Below are positions 38,424-52,452 of a stretch of 64,000 bases of DNA, one piece after another. Source of the stretch: Octopus vulgaris (Eukaryota); contig OX597814.1 of the NCBI GenBank assembly GCA_951406725.2, positions 85,684,001 through 85,748,000 of the forward strand, in the 5' to 3' direction. Within the stretch, counting starts at the first letter, position 1, and every line of letters starts with the position of its first letter. The notes below the pieces were generated by a model, which did no database searches, had not been told where the DNA came from, and worked only from the letters and a program-made list of their open reading frames with translations. The position numbers and the translations under genes were made by a program.

Positions 38424-39712
38424 GATCCAAGCTAACTATTCTGCTCTGAGCATGGGCCTATAGATTGAAGAATGAGAAAAGGGAATTAATTGCCCTAGAG
38501 GTCAGAACGATCGTAATTTCTACTCTCATTCTTTCGGGGTAAAATAACTACTAGTTGAGAACTAGGATTGATGTAATCGACTAATACCCTTTTCCATGAA
38601 ATTTAAAACATTCTACGTATAATACGATTTAAAATTTCGGGGAAAAGGCCCTACTTTTAGACCTTCTACGTATTGCTGGAAGAATCGTTAGAGAGCCGGG
38701 CAAAATGCTTAACGGTATTTCGCTCGTCTTTACGTTCTGTGTTCAAATTCTGCTGAGGTTGACTTTGCATTTCATCATTTCGGATTCGATAAAATAAGTA
38801 TCAGTGGAGCACTGGGGTCGATGTAATCAAGTTACACCCTCCTGCAAACCTGCAGGCCTTCTACCTAAATTTGAAATCATTATCATTACTATCATTACTG
38901 CTGTTGTTGTTTTTATGTTGTTGTTGCTGGTAGTGGTGGTGGTACAAAGGCGGCGAGCTGGCAGTAACGTTAGCATGCCGGGCGAAGTGCCTGGCGGTAT
39001 TTCGTCTGCCGTTACATTCTAAGTTCAAATTTCGTCGAGGTCAACTTTGCCTTTCATCCTTTCGGAGTCTATAAATTAAGTACCAGTTACGCACTGGGGT
39101 TGATGTAATCGACTTAATCCGTTCGTATGTCCTTGTTTGTCCTCTCTATGTTCAGCTCTATGTGGGCAATAAAGAAATAAGAATCGTTAGGACTAAATTA
39201 ACCATTAGCCATTGTGTCTCTTAACTTCAGAGTTTAAAGTGAAGAAGATTTGGCTGCTATTTATACTAAGTTAAGTAATCACGTAAAGACATTAATAGCA
39301 TTTCGTCCGTCTTTACGTTCTGAGTTCAAATTTTACCGAGGTCGACTTTGCCTTTCTTCATTTCGGGGTCGATAATACAAGTATCAGTCAAATACTGATT
39401 TCGGTGGAATTGACTATCCTCTTCCCCACCAAATTTCAAGCCTTGTACCTATAATAGAAAAGATTATTATTATTATTATTATCACTAATATTATTATTAA
39501 GGTGGCGAACTGGCAGAATCGTTAGTACTCGGACAAAATAATTAGTGGCATTTCGTACATCTTTACGTTCTGAGTTCAAATTCTGCCGAGGCCGACTTTG
39601 CCCTTCATCCTTTCGGGGTTGATAATTTAAGTACTATTTGAATACTGGGATCGATGAAATCAAGTTAACTCCTTCCCTAAATTGGTGACCTTGCACCAAA
39701 GTTTGAAACCAT
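38117..39712 (+). mobile_element. Cluster of five to six same-orientation SINE family A copies
   Basis: Copies at ~38117, ~38500 (fragment), ~38680, ~38948, ~39297 and ~39500. Confidence 0.85.
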
Positions 39713-40285
39713 TATTATTATTATCACAAATACACACATACAAAGTATACTCAAGAGTTTCCGTACCCGTACATGTGCGCATGCGTATGTAAGTATGTTG
39801 CTCATTATAAGTGTGTATGTTTACAATTTCATCCGAATGCATTCCTATTTGTAGATATTTGCGTATAGGCATGAAGATATGTCGTTAAATGTTTATACGC
39901 GAGTAAGCCTTCTGTATTACAACTATAAAGTTTCCATTGGTAAAATATCTGTACGTGCGTGTGTTTGTGAATGAGTCTACCGGAAAATGCTCGTTTAAAG
40001 ATGTATTCTGTGCATATACTGTATACCTACATACAAGCAGTATGTGTGTATATGTATGAAAGTATATTGTAATTTGTTTGTACACATGTGTGGATGTATG
40101 AATGTATGTGTGCGTGTGTGAACATGCATCCGTATGTGTTCGTGTGTTCGTTAGTTATATGTACATATACGTGTTCGTGTTGATTTCTGAACGTCTGCAT
40201 GTGAATGAGACTAAATGTGAATAAGTTTCTATGTATGGTGTGTGTGTGTGCGTGCGCGCGCGCGTGTGTGTTTGTGTGTGTGCGT

Positions 40286-40335
<50 letters not shown>

Positions 40336-40515
40336 ATTAATATATGTATTTTTGTGCGCATAAACATACACAAACATATATCAATTTGTATTCAGAGGGG
40401 CAGTATATTTATATATATTTATTCTCACATCCGTATATACATATATATATTCATCTATATGTGTGAATACATACATACATATATACATGCATACGTATAT
40501 ACATATGAATGTATG

Positions 40516-40552
<37 letters not shown>

Positions 40553-40599
40553 CATTATACATATAGATGAATGTATATACATGTACGCGTGTATGTATA

Positions 40600-40689
<90 letters not shown>

Positions 40690-40924
40690 AATACATGTAC
40701 ATATATGTGTGTGTATGTGTGTATGTATATATATATAAAATATACATAGGCGCAAGCATGGCTGTGTGTTAAACACCTTGCTTCCCAACCACAAGATTTC
40801 GGGTTCAGTTCCACTGCGTGGCACCTTTTTCTACTGTCTTCTACTATAAGCCTTGGGCCGACAAAAGCCTTGTGATGGAATTTGGTAGACGGAAACTGAA
40901 AGTATCCCCCATACACACACACAC

Positions 40925-40975
<51 letters not shown>

Positions 40976-41219
40976 TATTTCGGATTGGTCACTTTTAATT
41001 TTACCAAATAGACATACGCACGCTATATTCGTTTTCACTTCAGGTTGATTTTGTTATTTATTTTATGTCCTATTTCTGGAAATCTTTTGTCATATGTCCT
41101 GTGAACAATATTAAAATAAATCCGAAATGAAAAACCAGCATAGTGCGTGTGTTTATTTGGTATTAAAAAAAAACGATCATCCCGATGTATAACAACTTGC
41201 AAAACAAATACATAAACGT

Positions 41220-41250
<31 letters not shown>

Positions 41251-41329
41251 ATATATATATATATATATATATCTACATGCATATGCTTATACATATATAT
41301 GTGTATATACATACAAATCTAAGCGTATA

Positions 41330-41700
41330 TGGTTCCGGGTTCAGGCCCACTGCGTGGCATCTTGGGCAAGTGTCTTCTACTATAGCCTCGGGCCGACCAA
41401 AGCCTTGTGAGTGGATTTGGTAGACGGAAACTGAAAGAAGCCCGTCGTATATATGTATATATATATATATATATGTGTGTGCGTGTATGTTTGTGTGTCT
41501 GTATGTGTCCCCCTAGCATTGCTAGACAACCGATGCTGGTGTGTTTATGTCCCCGTTACTTAGCGGTTCGGCAAAAGAGACCGATAGAATAAGTACTGGG
41601 CTTACAAAAGAATAAGTCCCGGGGTCGAGTTGCACGATTAAAGGCGGTGCTCCAGCATGGCCGCAGTCAAATGACTGAAACAAGTAAAAGAGTAAAGAGA
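41330..41700 (+). mobile_element. SINE family B, young copy
   Basis: Close match to the reverse complement of 5140-5543. Confidence 0.85.
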
Positions 41701-41814
41701 GTATGTATATATATTCTTCCCATGTCTTTTTGTAAGCACTACATACTTGTAATCACACACACACACACGCTCACGCACAGACACACACACATGCATGCAC
41801 GCACACACATACAC

Positions 41815-41870
<56 letters not shown>

Positions 41871-42070
41871 GCAAACGAAGCCCGTAGTAAAAGACGCTCT
41901 CCTTGTGTGCCATGAGTGGCCAGAGGTTTCTAAGAACACTATTTTTCAACGAAATACCCATACATGAGGCAATGTGTATTTATTGACGGATGGATATTTG
42001 GATGTATTACCGAATTGTAGAGTGACTTCGTATATATTGTACACGTGAAGTGTATGTGTAAGCGTGCATC

Positions 42071-42162
<92 letters not shown>

Positions 42163-42163
42163 C

Positions 42164-42203
<40 letters not shown>

Positions 42204-42811
42204 CTAGATATTTACGGTAACGTGGTGTCTGCTACTAGACAGATTACATAGGAAAACAACGTTTACGCAACGAACAAGGAGTAACGTAAATTGACGTGTC
42301 TGTTAGACTTACGCATTACAACACATCAAAATGGCCACACAAACACACTCTAACTATTGTGATCAACGCAGAAACATGGCCTTCTAGACATACTAGCCAA
42401 AATTCCATTAATATATGAGGTACATTATTATACATCCATACATCCATTTATATATACACTCACACATTCACACATGCACTCGACCACATATATCTATATC
42501 TATATTTATCTATCTATATACATATGTATGTTTGTGTATATATGTATGTGTACACGTACACACACACACAAACACACATTTATATATATATTTGTATATA
42601 TATATATTTCTATATATATATATAAATATGTATATATATAAATATATATATATATATATTATATATGCATGTATGTATAATTTATATCTATGTATACGTA
42701 TGCATGTTGTATGTATATGTATGTATAAATGGTCTCTCACACTCATTCTTTCTTTCTTTCTTTCTTTCTCTCTCTCTCTCCATATATATATCTATATATA
42801 TATACTTGTAT

Positions 42812-42889
<78 letters not shown>

Positions 42890-43672
42890 CTTATAATATA
42901 TATATATATGTAGAGAGAGAGAGAACATATATGTGTGTGTGTGTTTATGCATGTATTAATATGGGTATTTATATTTATGTATATGTATAAATTTATATAT
43001 ATATAAAGGAGCATTCCGTCGATTACGACGACGAGGGTCCCAGCTGATACGATCAACTGAACAGCTTGCTCGTGAAATGAACGTGCAAGTGACTGAGTAC
43101 TCCACAGACACGTGTACCTTTATCGTAGTTCTCAGGGAGATTCAGCATGACACAGAATGTGACAAGGTTGACTTTTGAAATACAGGTACTACTCATTTTT
43201 GCCAGCTGAGTGGACTGGAGCAACGTGAAATAAAGTGTCTTGTTCAAGGATAACGCGTAGCTGGGAATTGAACTCTCGACCGTACGATCGCCAGCTGAAT
43301 ACCCTAACCACTAAGCCACGCGCCTTCACTATGTATATATAAATATGTGTGTGTTTGTGTGTGTGTGTGTGTGCGTGTGTGTGGTGTGGTGTGTGTGTGG
43401 TGTATGTGTGGTGTGTGCATGCATATATATATATATATGTTTGTATTTATGCATATTTTCCTCACAAGTTATGAGCCGTTTATAGACAATTGCCAAACCT
43501 ACCACGCAGTGGATTAGAACTCGGGATATCGTGCTTATGAAAGCAAAATCCTCAACCATTCGACCATACTGTGCTTTAAGTATGTACATGTTTGTGTGTG
43601 TGCGGGGATACATACATACATGAATACATACATACATACATGAATACATACATACATACATACATACATACA

Positions 43673-43707
<35 letters not shown>

Positions 43708-43729
43708 TCATTTATTCTTTTATTCTTTT

Positions 43730-44119
43730 ATCTTTTCAGTCATTTGACTGCGGCTGTGCTTGAGCACAGCACTTAGTCGAACAATCGACCCCAGGATTTG
43801 TACTTTGTAAGCCTAGTACTTATCCTATCGAACACTTTTGCCGAACCGCTAGGTTACGGGGACGTAAACACACCAACATCGGTTGTCAAGCGATAATGAG
43901 CAGACAAACACAGACATAGAAACATACACACAAACACACACACACACACATATATATATATATGTATTTACGACGGGCTTCTTTCAGCTTCCGTCTACCA
44001 AATGCACTTACAACGCCTTGGTCGGCCCGAAGACAGTGGCCTAAGGTGCCACGCAGTGGGACTGAACCCGGAACCATGTGGTTGGGAAGCAAGCTTCTTA
44101 CTACACAGCCATGCGTGCG

Positions 44120-44122
<3 letters not shown>
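43730..44122 (-). mobile_element. SINE family B
   Basis: Family motifs with internal microsatellite. Confidence 0.8.
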
Positions 44123-44165
<43 letters not shown>

Positions 44166-45303
44166 TATATGTGTGTGTGTGTATATTTATCTCTCTATAT
44201 ATATATGATACATATATGTATATATAAAAACATACAAATATATGAATGTATATATAAACATATGCAGATACGAGTATGTATACACATGCTCGTGTGTTTG
44301 CGTGTGTGAGTGTGTGTATGTAATAGTAAGCGCTGTGACAGAGGGACGATGACGGAACACGTTAAATTGGGAAAAAAGACGAAGGACGTGGATAACCCTC
44401 ATCAGTTATCCACCAAAAATCATCACAATTTCGACGCTTTACCGATAAAATAATTCACTTTTGCGGTGTCAGCAGCAAAAGATGCCGTGGAAAAAATGAG
44501 AGAATTTGAGGGCAAAATAAGACAAATACAAGATAAAAAAAGATACAGACGGGATATTTTAGGTGATCGGTAAAAGAGGCGAGTTTAAACGTATAATAGA
44601 CGCGCGCACGCACACACATAAACACACACACACTTATATATATCCGTATACATATAGGCAGAGGAAGAATTACGGCAGGATTCTGCACAGTTTTCGCATA
44701 CCAATTAATCTATACACTAATATTCACATAATACTATATTAGAAAACAGTAAACTGTTACGTATTTTGCAGAATGTTTTCCACGATAATTACAATGTCAT
44801 ATATTATATATTTAATGTTATAGACATACATCAAATCTCAATCACATACGTATGCAAAAATTACAAATTAATCCAGTCTTCATATATGTATATCTTTGTA
44901 AATATGTTTTGTAAATTTCGTATATTGAAAATGTAAAATATTGACTTCAATAGTTTGTAAATATATGTGTATGTGTGTGTGTGTATACATATATGTATGA
45001 GTGTATATATATATATATTTATTATATATATATATAACAGAGTTGCATCAAATATGTAACGCTAGATATATCAGGGAATACTCTTACATACGTATACATT
45101 TATGTATATGCATTTATGTATATACTTAAATTCCTGTATATATTTATGCATACATACACAACTAAATATATAAATGTATACACAAATATATACATATATA
45201 CATATACACATATATACATATATATACACATGTATGTTATAATTAAAATACAATTGCCTGTGTATACTAACGATATATGGATTACGTACAAGTAGACACA
45301 CTT

Positions 45304-45338
<35 letters not shown>

Positions 45339-45430
45339 CGTATCTCTCTATCTCTATCTTTCTTGCTCTCTGGGTCTCTGTTTCTCTCTCCCTCTCTCTG
45401 TGTATACACAAACATATATATATACATACA

Positions 45431-45554
<124 letters not shown>

Positions 45555-45601
45555 ATTGATTGATTCTAGTTTCAGCTCACGAGCTGTGGCCATGCTAGGG
45601 C

Positions 45602-45662
<61 letters not shown>

Positions 45663-45970
45663 AATAGAAACATCATTATTTCTAAATATCTCAAAGAGAG
45701 ATGTTCAGTGACAGTACTTTAAAGACATGCTGGTAAACAGCCTTTATTCTAATATATATATAAATATAATATTTAATTATATTATATTATATATATACAT
45801 ATAAATACATATATATAAATATATATATGTAAATTCACACACATATATATATATATTTACACACATACACACACGCATATATGCATATATATATACATAC
45901 ATACATATATATATATAATATTATATTATATATATATATATATATAATATAATATTATATTATATTATAT

Positions 45971-46011
<41 letters not shown>

Positions 46012-46448
46012 TATATATATGTAAATACACACACACATATATATATGTATGTATATGTATATGTATATATATATGTATATATATATATATATATGTATAT
46101 GTATATATATGTATATATATATATCTCTTATTATAATATATATATATACATGTATATGTATATATATATATATATGCACACTGAGTCACACATATTCAGA
46201 CATTCACAAGTGGAAATAGAGAGAGGGTCTATGTGTTTGTGTGTATGTTTGTAAGTTTGTGGGTGTGTATGTGTGTGTGACTGCGTGCGTATGCGCCTGC
46301 GTTTGTGTATGTGTCAGAAAGAGTAATACAATAGAAAGAAGGTGAATGACAAGAACATAAACACGCTGAGACATAAACAGATACAAGTGAGTTTGTGTGA
46401 ACGCCTTTTGTAAAACTTATACGTATACTCACACATACACACATGCAC

Positions 46449-46546
<98 letters not shown>

Positions 46547-46599
46547 CTACATGTTGATCCTGTTCATGCTAAGCTCTTGCTTTTGAATATTTATTTATT

Positions 46600-46935
46600 T
46601 TTACATGCATGCTGGAGCACCGACTTTTAATCGAGCAAAACAGACCTCAGGACTTATTCTTTGTAAGCCTAGTATTTATTCTATCCGTCACTTTTACGGA
46701 GACATAAACACACCAGGATCGGATGTCAAGCCACAGTGGGGGAAGACAAACGCAGACACTGAAACAGCAACTACACATTCTTTATTTTCTCTCCTTGTTT
46801 CTTTCTGTATTCCTTTCTGTGGAAGAGCGTAGGCTGGAAATATTACACACCTCTTCACTTCCCGAGCGCTAAACTAATACGTCTTTTGTCTATACTACCT
46901 GCCTTCGTCTTTGTTTGTTTTCTTTTGCAAATTCT

Positions 46936-46996
<61 letters not shown>

Positions 46997-47180
46997 TATA
47001 TATATACATATATATGTACGACGGGCTTCTTTTAGTTCCATCTACCCAATCCACTCACACACTGGGCTAGGTCAGCCCGGGGCTAGAAGACACTTACCCA
47101 ACGTGCCACGCAGTAGGACTGAACCTGGAACCATGTGATTGATAAGCAAGCTGCATACCACACAGCCACTCCTGCGCCTA
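46600..47180 (-). mobile_element. SINE family B interrupted in its internal microsatellite by a PLE tail fragment (~46778-46940, plus strand)
   Basis: Insert CTTTCTGTGGAAGAGCGTAGGCTGGAAA...ACCTGCCTTCGTCTTTG matches the 22250-22426 tail. Confidence 0.7.
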
Positions 47181-48593
47181 CAGATGTAGGAATCTCTTCT
47201 TCTTTATTTTATATGCTGTTTTACCTTGGTAGGGTCATTACACCAATGATGAATGTGCTCTATGTAATATGTGTTCAGTACCTAGCCACGTTATTTTCTA
47301 GATGCTATGTATATTTGTAAGTCCTAAAGTTTGGGTCGGGAATTTTGAGTGCATTTAGTTTTTATCTTTCCCAAAACATTTATTATAAGGATTGTTTGCA
47401 GACTCACAAATCTTAAATACTTTTTCTATTTCTTTTAGAAATGCATTATTATCCGTAGGGAATCATATGTAGATTAGGAGGCATTTATTTTTCCTGGTAT
47501 CCTTCAGAACAATACCTGGTCTATTAGTCTTTTATTTCCATGCAGATATATATTGATATATCCCAGAGTATAATTACTTTGCCATTCTCGGTGACCTTTC
47601 CTGAGAAATGCTCACGCTATCTGTGTGTGTGTTTTTTTTTCTTTTTACTATTTCATAATATGGCCATAATTTCCGTATATGTTACTCCAAACGCTATCAT
47701 ACCTGGCTAAAACTAGGCAGTCGGAAAATAACGAAGAGTCTCTAAACCAGTATTGGAATTTTCCCACTTCAACTTCGTTTAACTTTTTCCAGTTTTGGTT
47801 AAATAGGAGCAGCGATGGACAAAATGTGTTATGGAGTTTTTACGTTCTCAGTTCAAATCCAGCCGAGGTCAACTTTGCCTCTTATATTTTGGTGACCCAT
47901 AAAATACAGTACCAGTGAAGTACTGGGGTCAAAATTACTGGCCTTGTTCTTAAATTAGAAACTGAAGGAGACCAACACTGCACAGACAATTTATGACAGT
48001 GTTAAGGTTGTAAATGTCTATCGTCACCATTTTTTTTTTTTTTTTGCAAAAGTACACCCTTGAAAATTTAGACAAACATCGATCCCAGTATTTACAATAT
48101 TAAGTCTGACATATATTCTATCGGTTTCTTTCACCCAACTGCTAGGCTACGAGTATAACAAATCAACACCGTTGGTCAAGCGGTTGTAGGGGACGACCCA
48201 CACATGCGCGCGCGCATATATGTACATATACAGATCGATAGATAGACAGATAGATAGATAAAAAGATATGTACAGTATATACACGCACATACGCGCGCAC
48301 ACACACATCGCGTGTGCGCGCACATAAGGCCGATCATTTCCGTTATGGGGGTTTATGTACCGTAATAATACTAATATAGATACACACGCACACACACACA
48401 CACATACAAGTTCAACACCGACGTTCCGGATACAGAATCTCTTATAATTCACACTAATTTATTCAAAAACATAAAATTTCTGCGGCCGCCAGACTAGTTT
48501 AGAGATTTTAGACCATGATGAAAGAGAGCAATAACCCGGAATGACACTGCAAAACAAAATCCGAAAAATCCATGTTGTTCCTATATATAAACA

Positions 48594-48976
48594 CTAGCAG
48601 TATCGCCCGGCGTTGCTCAGGTTTGTAAGGGAAATAACTATAAAGCATTTTTAGAGAGTTATAGCCAAAAAATAGCAAAAAAATGGGAAAAAAATGATGG
48701 TAAATTTTTCTTGAGAGTTAAAAAGGTGGAGTTGCGTCCCCTAGACGGTCTGTGGTTTGGGTTTCTGATTCTCGACCCCATGTCGAATTTATCGATTTTT
48801 TTCAGAACTGGGGGAACTTTTCAAAATTTTCGCTGCGTTAGTTTTGAATTATGACATTGGGCTATGTGTGTGTCAAGTTTCATCAGAATCGGTTGAAAGC
48901 CGTGGTCAGAGTGAGGGTACGAGAAAACAGACACACAGAAAACGCACAGACAAACTGCCGTTTATATAGAGAGAGA
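48594..48976 (-). mobile_element. Non-autonomous Helitron-type element
   Basis: On minus: A|TC 5' end, 3' CTAG|T end, subterminal GC-rich imperfect hairpin (GCCCGGCGTTGCTCAGG), AAGTTTCATCAGAATCGG motif. Confidence 0.7.
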
Positions 48977-49023
48977 TATATATACATACATACATACATA
49001 CATACATACATACATACATACAT

Positions 49024-49108
<85 letters not shown>

Positions 49109-49311
49109 CATAAATTAATAATTAAGCTTACTAACAGACAGTACCGGCAAGCTAAATATAGCAGTCAAAATAACCAAACCAGAAGTTTTCAATTGAACAC
49201 AAAAGTGAAACGGTACTGCTTGTTAGTACACTTAATTATTAATTGAGTATTTTTTAACCTTTATGGATTTTTTATGCATTCTAAGCCACTGATATTATAA
49301 ACAATAATATC

Positions 49312-49355
<44 letters not shown>

Positions 49356-49604
49356 AACAATAATAAAGGGTAAAATTAATTAATTTTACTCTTTATTATT
49401 ATTGATAATATAAATCACTCCCTGATAGTAAACTGCAGTTTCTGCGGAATTGCTCGTGGCACACGTGGGTGATTGAGGAAGAATGTGAGATCTCATTTGT
49501 GTGTTTGAATTCGAAAGTACTGGTTTTTGGATATATGCTATTCGATGGCGCTTGGTCAAGTACGTATGTTAATTATCAGTACTCTCAAATTTAAAATTTG
49601 AAGT

Positions 49605-49682
49605 ACTGTACTGATGAAGGGAATTAAGTGAGTAGAAATTTGGTTTTACATCTTTTTACATCTCTCGTAAACGCGTATACAA
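49605..49682 (+). ncRNA. Degenerate type I hammerhead-like motif
   Basis: TGTA-CTGATGA-AGGGA...TCTCT-CGTAAAC-GC-GTA-TACA; palindromic ACGCGT; GAAA disrupted. Confidence 0.5.
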
Positions 49683-49894
49683 TTAATTAAAGCCGAGTGG
49701 ATTCGTTACTTTTCTCTTTACCTGCGTGAGTTGTAGAGTATTGCTGTCTAGGAGAGGAGATATCTTATGGTAGTAGAAAAGTATTTTGACTTGTATTTCT
49801 AAGTTTCGGAATGTGGTGAAGCAAATTTTGCTGAACCCTAATTATAATTATGCTCATAATTATAGAATTTTTGTATTTGTATATATATATTTAG

Positions 49895-50266
49895 TCGCGG
49901 TTGTGCGGTTAGAAGTTTGCTTCCCAACCACATGGTTCCAGGTTCAGTCTTACTGCGTGGCACCTTGGGCAAGCGTCTTCTACTACTGCCTCGGGCCGAC
50001 CAAAGCATCGTCAGTGGATTTGGTAGACGGAAACAGAAAGAAGCCCGTCGTATGTGTGTGTGTGTGTGTTTGTACCCGCGCCATCACTTGACAACCGATG
50101 CTGGTGTGTTTATGTCCCTATAACATAGCGGTTCGCAAAAAGAGACTTATAGATTAAGTACTAGGCTTACAAAAATAAATAAGTCCTGGGGTCGAATTTC
50201 TTGGATTAAAACCCTTTAAGGCAGTGCTCCAGCCTTGCTGCAATCAAATGAATGAAACGTGTAAAA

Positions 50267-50268
<2 letters not shown>
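49895..50268 (+). mobile_element. SINE family B
   Basis: Family motifs. Confidence 0.8.
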
Positions 50269-50326
<58 letters not shown>

Positions 50327-50790
50327 GTGCACACAAACACACACACACACACACACATATAGTGAAGGCACATGGCTCAGTGGTTAGAGCGTCGAGCTTA
50401 CGATCGTGAGGCTATGAGTTCGAATCCCGGACCGAGCTGCGTGTTGTGTTATTGAGCAAGACACTTTATTTCACGTTGCTCCAGTTCACTCAGCTGTAGA
50501 AATGACGTCACAGGTACCACACTGTATCGGCTTTTGCCTTTCCCTTGGATAACACTGATGGCGTGGAAAGAGGAGGCCGGTATGCATGGCCGACTGCTGG
50601 TCTTCCATAAACAACCTTGGTCGGAGGGTAACTTTCTAGGTGCAATCCCATGGTCAGTCATGACCAAAGGGGTCTCAGCATATATATATATATATATATA
50701 TATGTAAAAAGTTAAAAATATATACAAACTGGGACAAGAACATGAAACACCTAGAAGACGACACAAGAACCACAGGACGTGACATTCGAA

Positions 50791-50855
50791 GCCCTCAGTC
50801 ATCAGTCAAGAACCGGATCATCTTCGCAATTTTGGCTGATTAATCTTGAGATTGC
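50791..50855 (-). ncRNA. Hammerhead-like motif with non-circularly permuted strand order, in a PLE-tail-like repeat (~50705-51090)
   Basis: GCAATC-TCAAGA..AGCC-aAAATTGC..TCTTGA-CTGATGA-ctgag-GGC; stems I (6 bp), III (5 bp) and II pair; G12>A. Confidence 0.55.
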
Positions 50856-51377
50856 TCCGACCTGGGCAGCCCCCAAGGGAAATCTAAGCCAAGCGCATTA
50901 GATCCCTTGGAAGAAAGCTTCGAATGTATACTACACAAGGACGGAAAACGGACGATGTACACGAATAAAAATACAAAAATACGTGAAAACAATAAGGAAA
51001 GCACGAATAAGAATACAAAAACGTAAAAACAATAATGGTAAGGATAAAAACAAAACCAGGACGTAGGACAAGGGTCTTTCGACAGGACAAGTGGACTATT
51101 TATAGTGATCAAATGTAGGTGCCATACATTAGCTCACTCCCTTCATCAAATCGACGTTGTTTGAACAAATGCACGGTGTACCACACGTCAATTGTCGAAG
51201 TGATTGCAGAGCTACATGAGATGAAGTGTTTTGCTCAAGAATACAACGCACCACCCGGTCTCAGAGTTGATGCCACGATCTTGCGATCGTGAGTGCAACA
51301 TCCCAAACACCAAACCATGCGCCCTGACATACGCACTTATGCACATACACACACACACACACACGTATTTTTTAATT

Positions 51378-51781
51378 CTTTTTACTTGTTTCAGTCATTT
51401 GACTGCGGCCATGCTGGATCATCGCCTTTAGTCGAATCAAATCGACCCCAGGACTTATTCTTTGTAAGCCTAGTACTTATTCTATCGGCCTCTTTTGCGA
51501 ACCGCTAAGTTATGGGGACTCAAACACACCAGCATCAGTTGTCAAGCGATGTTGGGGTAGGGGACAAACACAGATACACAACATACACACACACATACAT
51601 ATATATATACTTATATACGACGGGTTTCTTTCAGTTTCCGTCCACCAAATCCACTCACAAAGCTTTGGTCCGCCCGAGGCTATAATAGAAGATATTTACC
51701 CCAGGTGCCATGCAGCGGGACTGAACCCGAAACCATGTGATTGGTAATCAAGCTACTTACCACACAGCCACTCCTGCGCCT
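51378..51781 (-). mobile_element. SINE family B, full length
   Basis: Ends in CACACAGCCACTCCTGCGCC (head on minus). Confidence 0.85.
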
Positions 51782-52119
51782 ATATACACACACACACATG
51801 TATATCAGGCTACCACACAATTTTAGTCTATCAGATTCACTTACAAGGCATTGGTTGCTCGAGAGTTACAGTTGAATATACTTACCCTGGTGCCGCACAG
51901 TTACACTGAACCTGAAACTACTTGGATGAAAAGTGAGCTCCTTAACCACACAGCTATTCTTTCGCTCTCATTACACATTATAACACAATGATGCAGTGTT
52001 GTGTTTTTATATATCTATTCGACACACCTGTGTTCTCGCTTAAAGTCAATAATTTCTATCACCTATTGACTGATATCGCTAATTTCAGATGGAAAATCCG
52101 CCCAATTGACTGTATACTT

Positions 52120-52452
52120 TGCTTATTATACTGGAGTGTGATAAATAAATCTTCGTTTATAATGCTTAACTCTACCACACTATGTGATCAATAAGTCGAA
52201 ACATTGTAAGCTTGATTCTGTTTATCACTCTTATGAGGAGTAAATAAGTTGTGTATGTAATTACGTTTATCACACTTTGCGTGAGATAAATGATTCTCGA
52301 CATTGTATATTTCTTGAAATTTATCCCACTTCTATGAGATAAATAAGTCCAGACATGTAATGTTTGAATATTCTTATCACACTTATCGTGGGATAATACA
52401 TATCAAGGTTTCCCATATTTGAATCCATTTATCACACTTGTGTGAGATAAAC
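52120..52452. repeat. Degenerate ~54-bp tandem repeat with a palindromic TTTATCACAC..GTGAGATAAA core
   Basis: Cores near 52221, 52266, 52320, 52373 and 52428, with weaker ones upstream. Confidence 0.7.

Noticed and set aside
52120-52452. CRISPR-like array
   Set aside because: Eukaryotic context, degenerate repeats, mutually similar linkers and no cas genes
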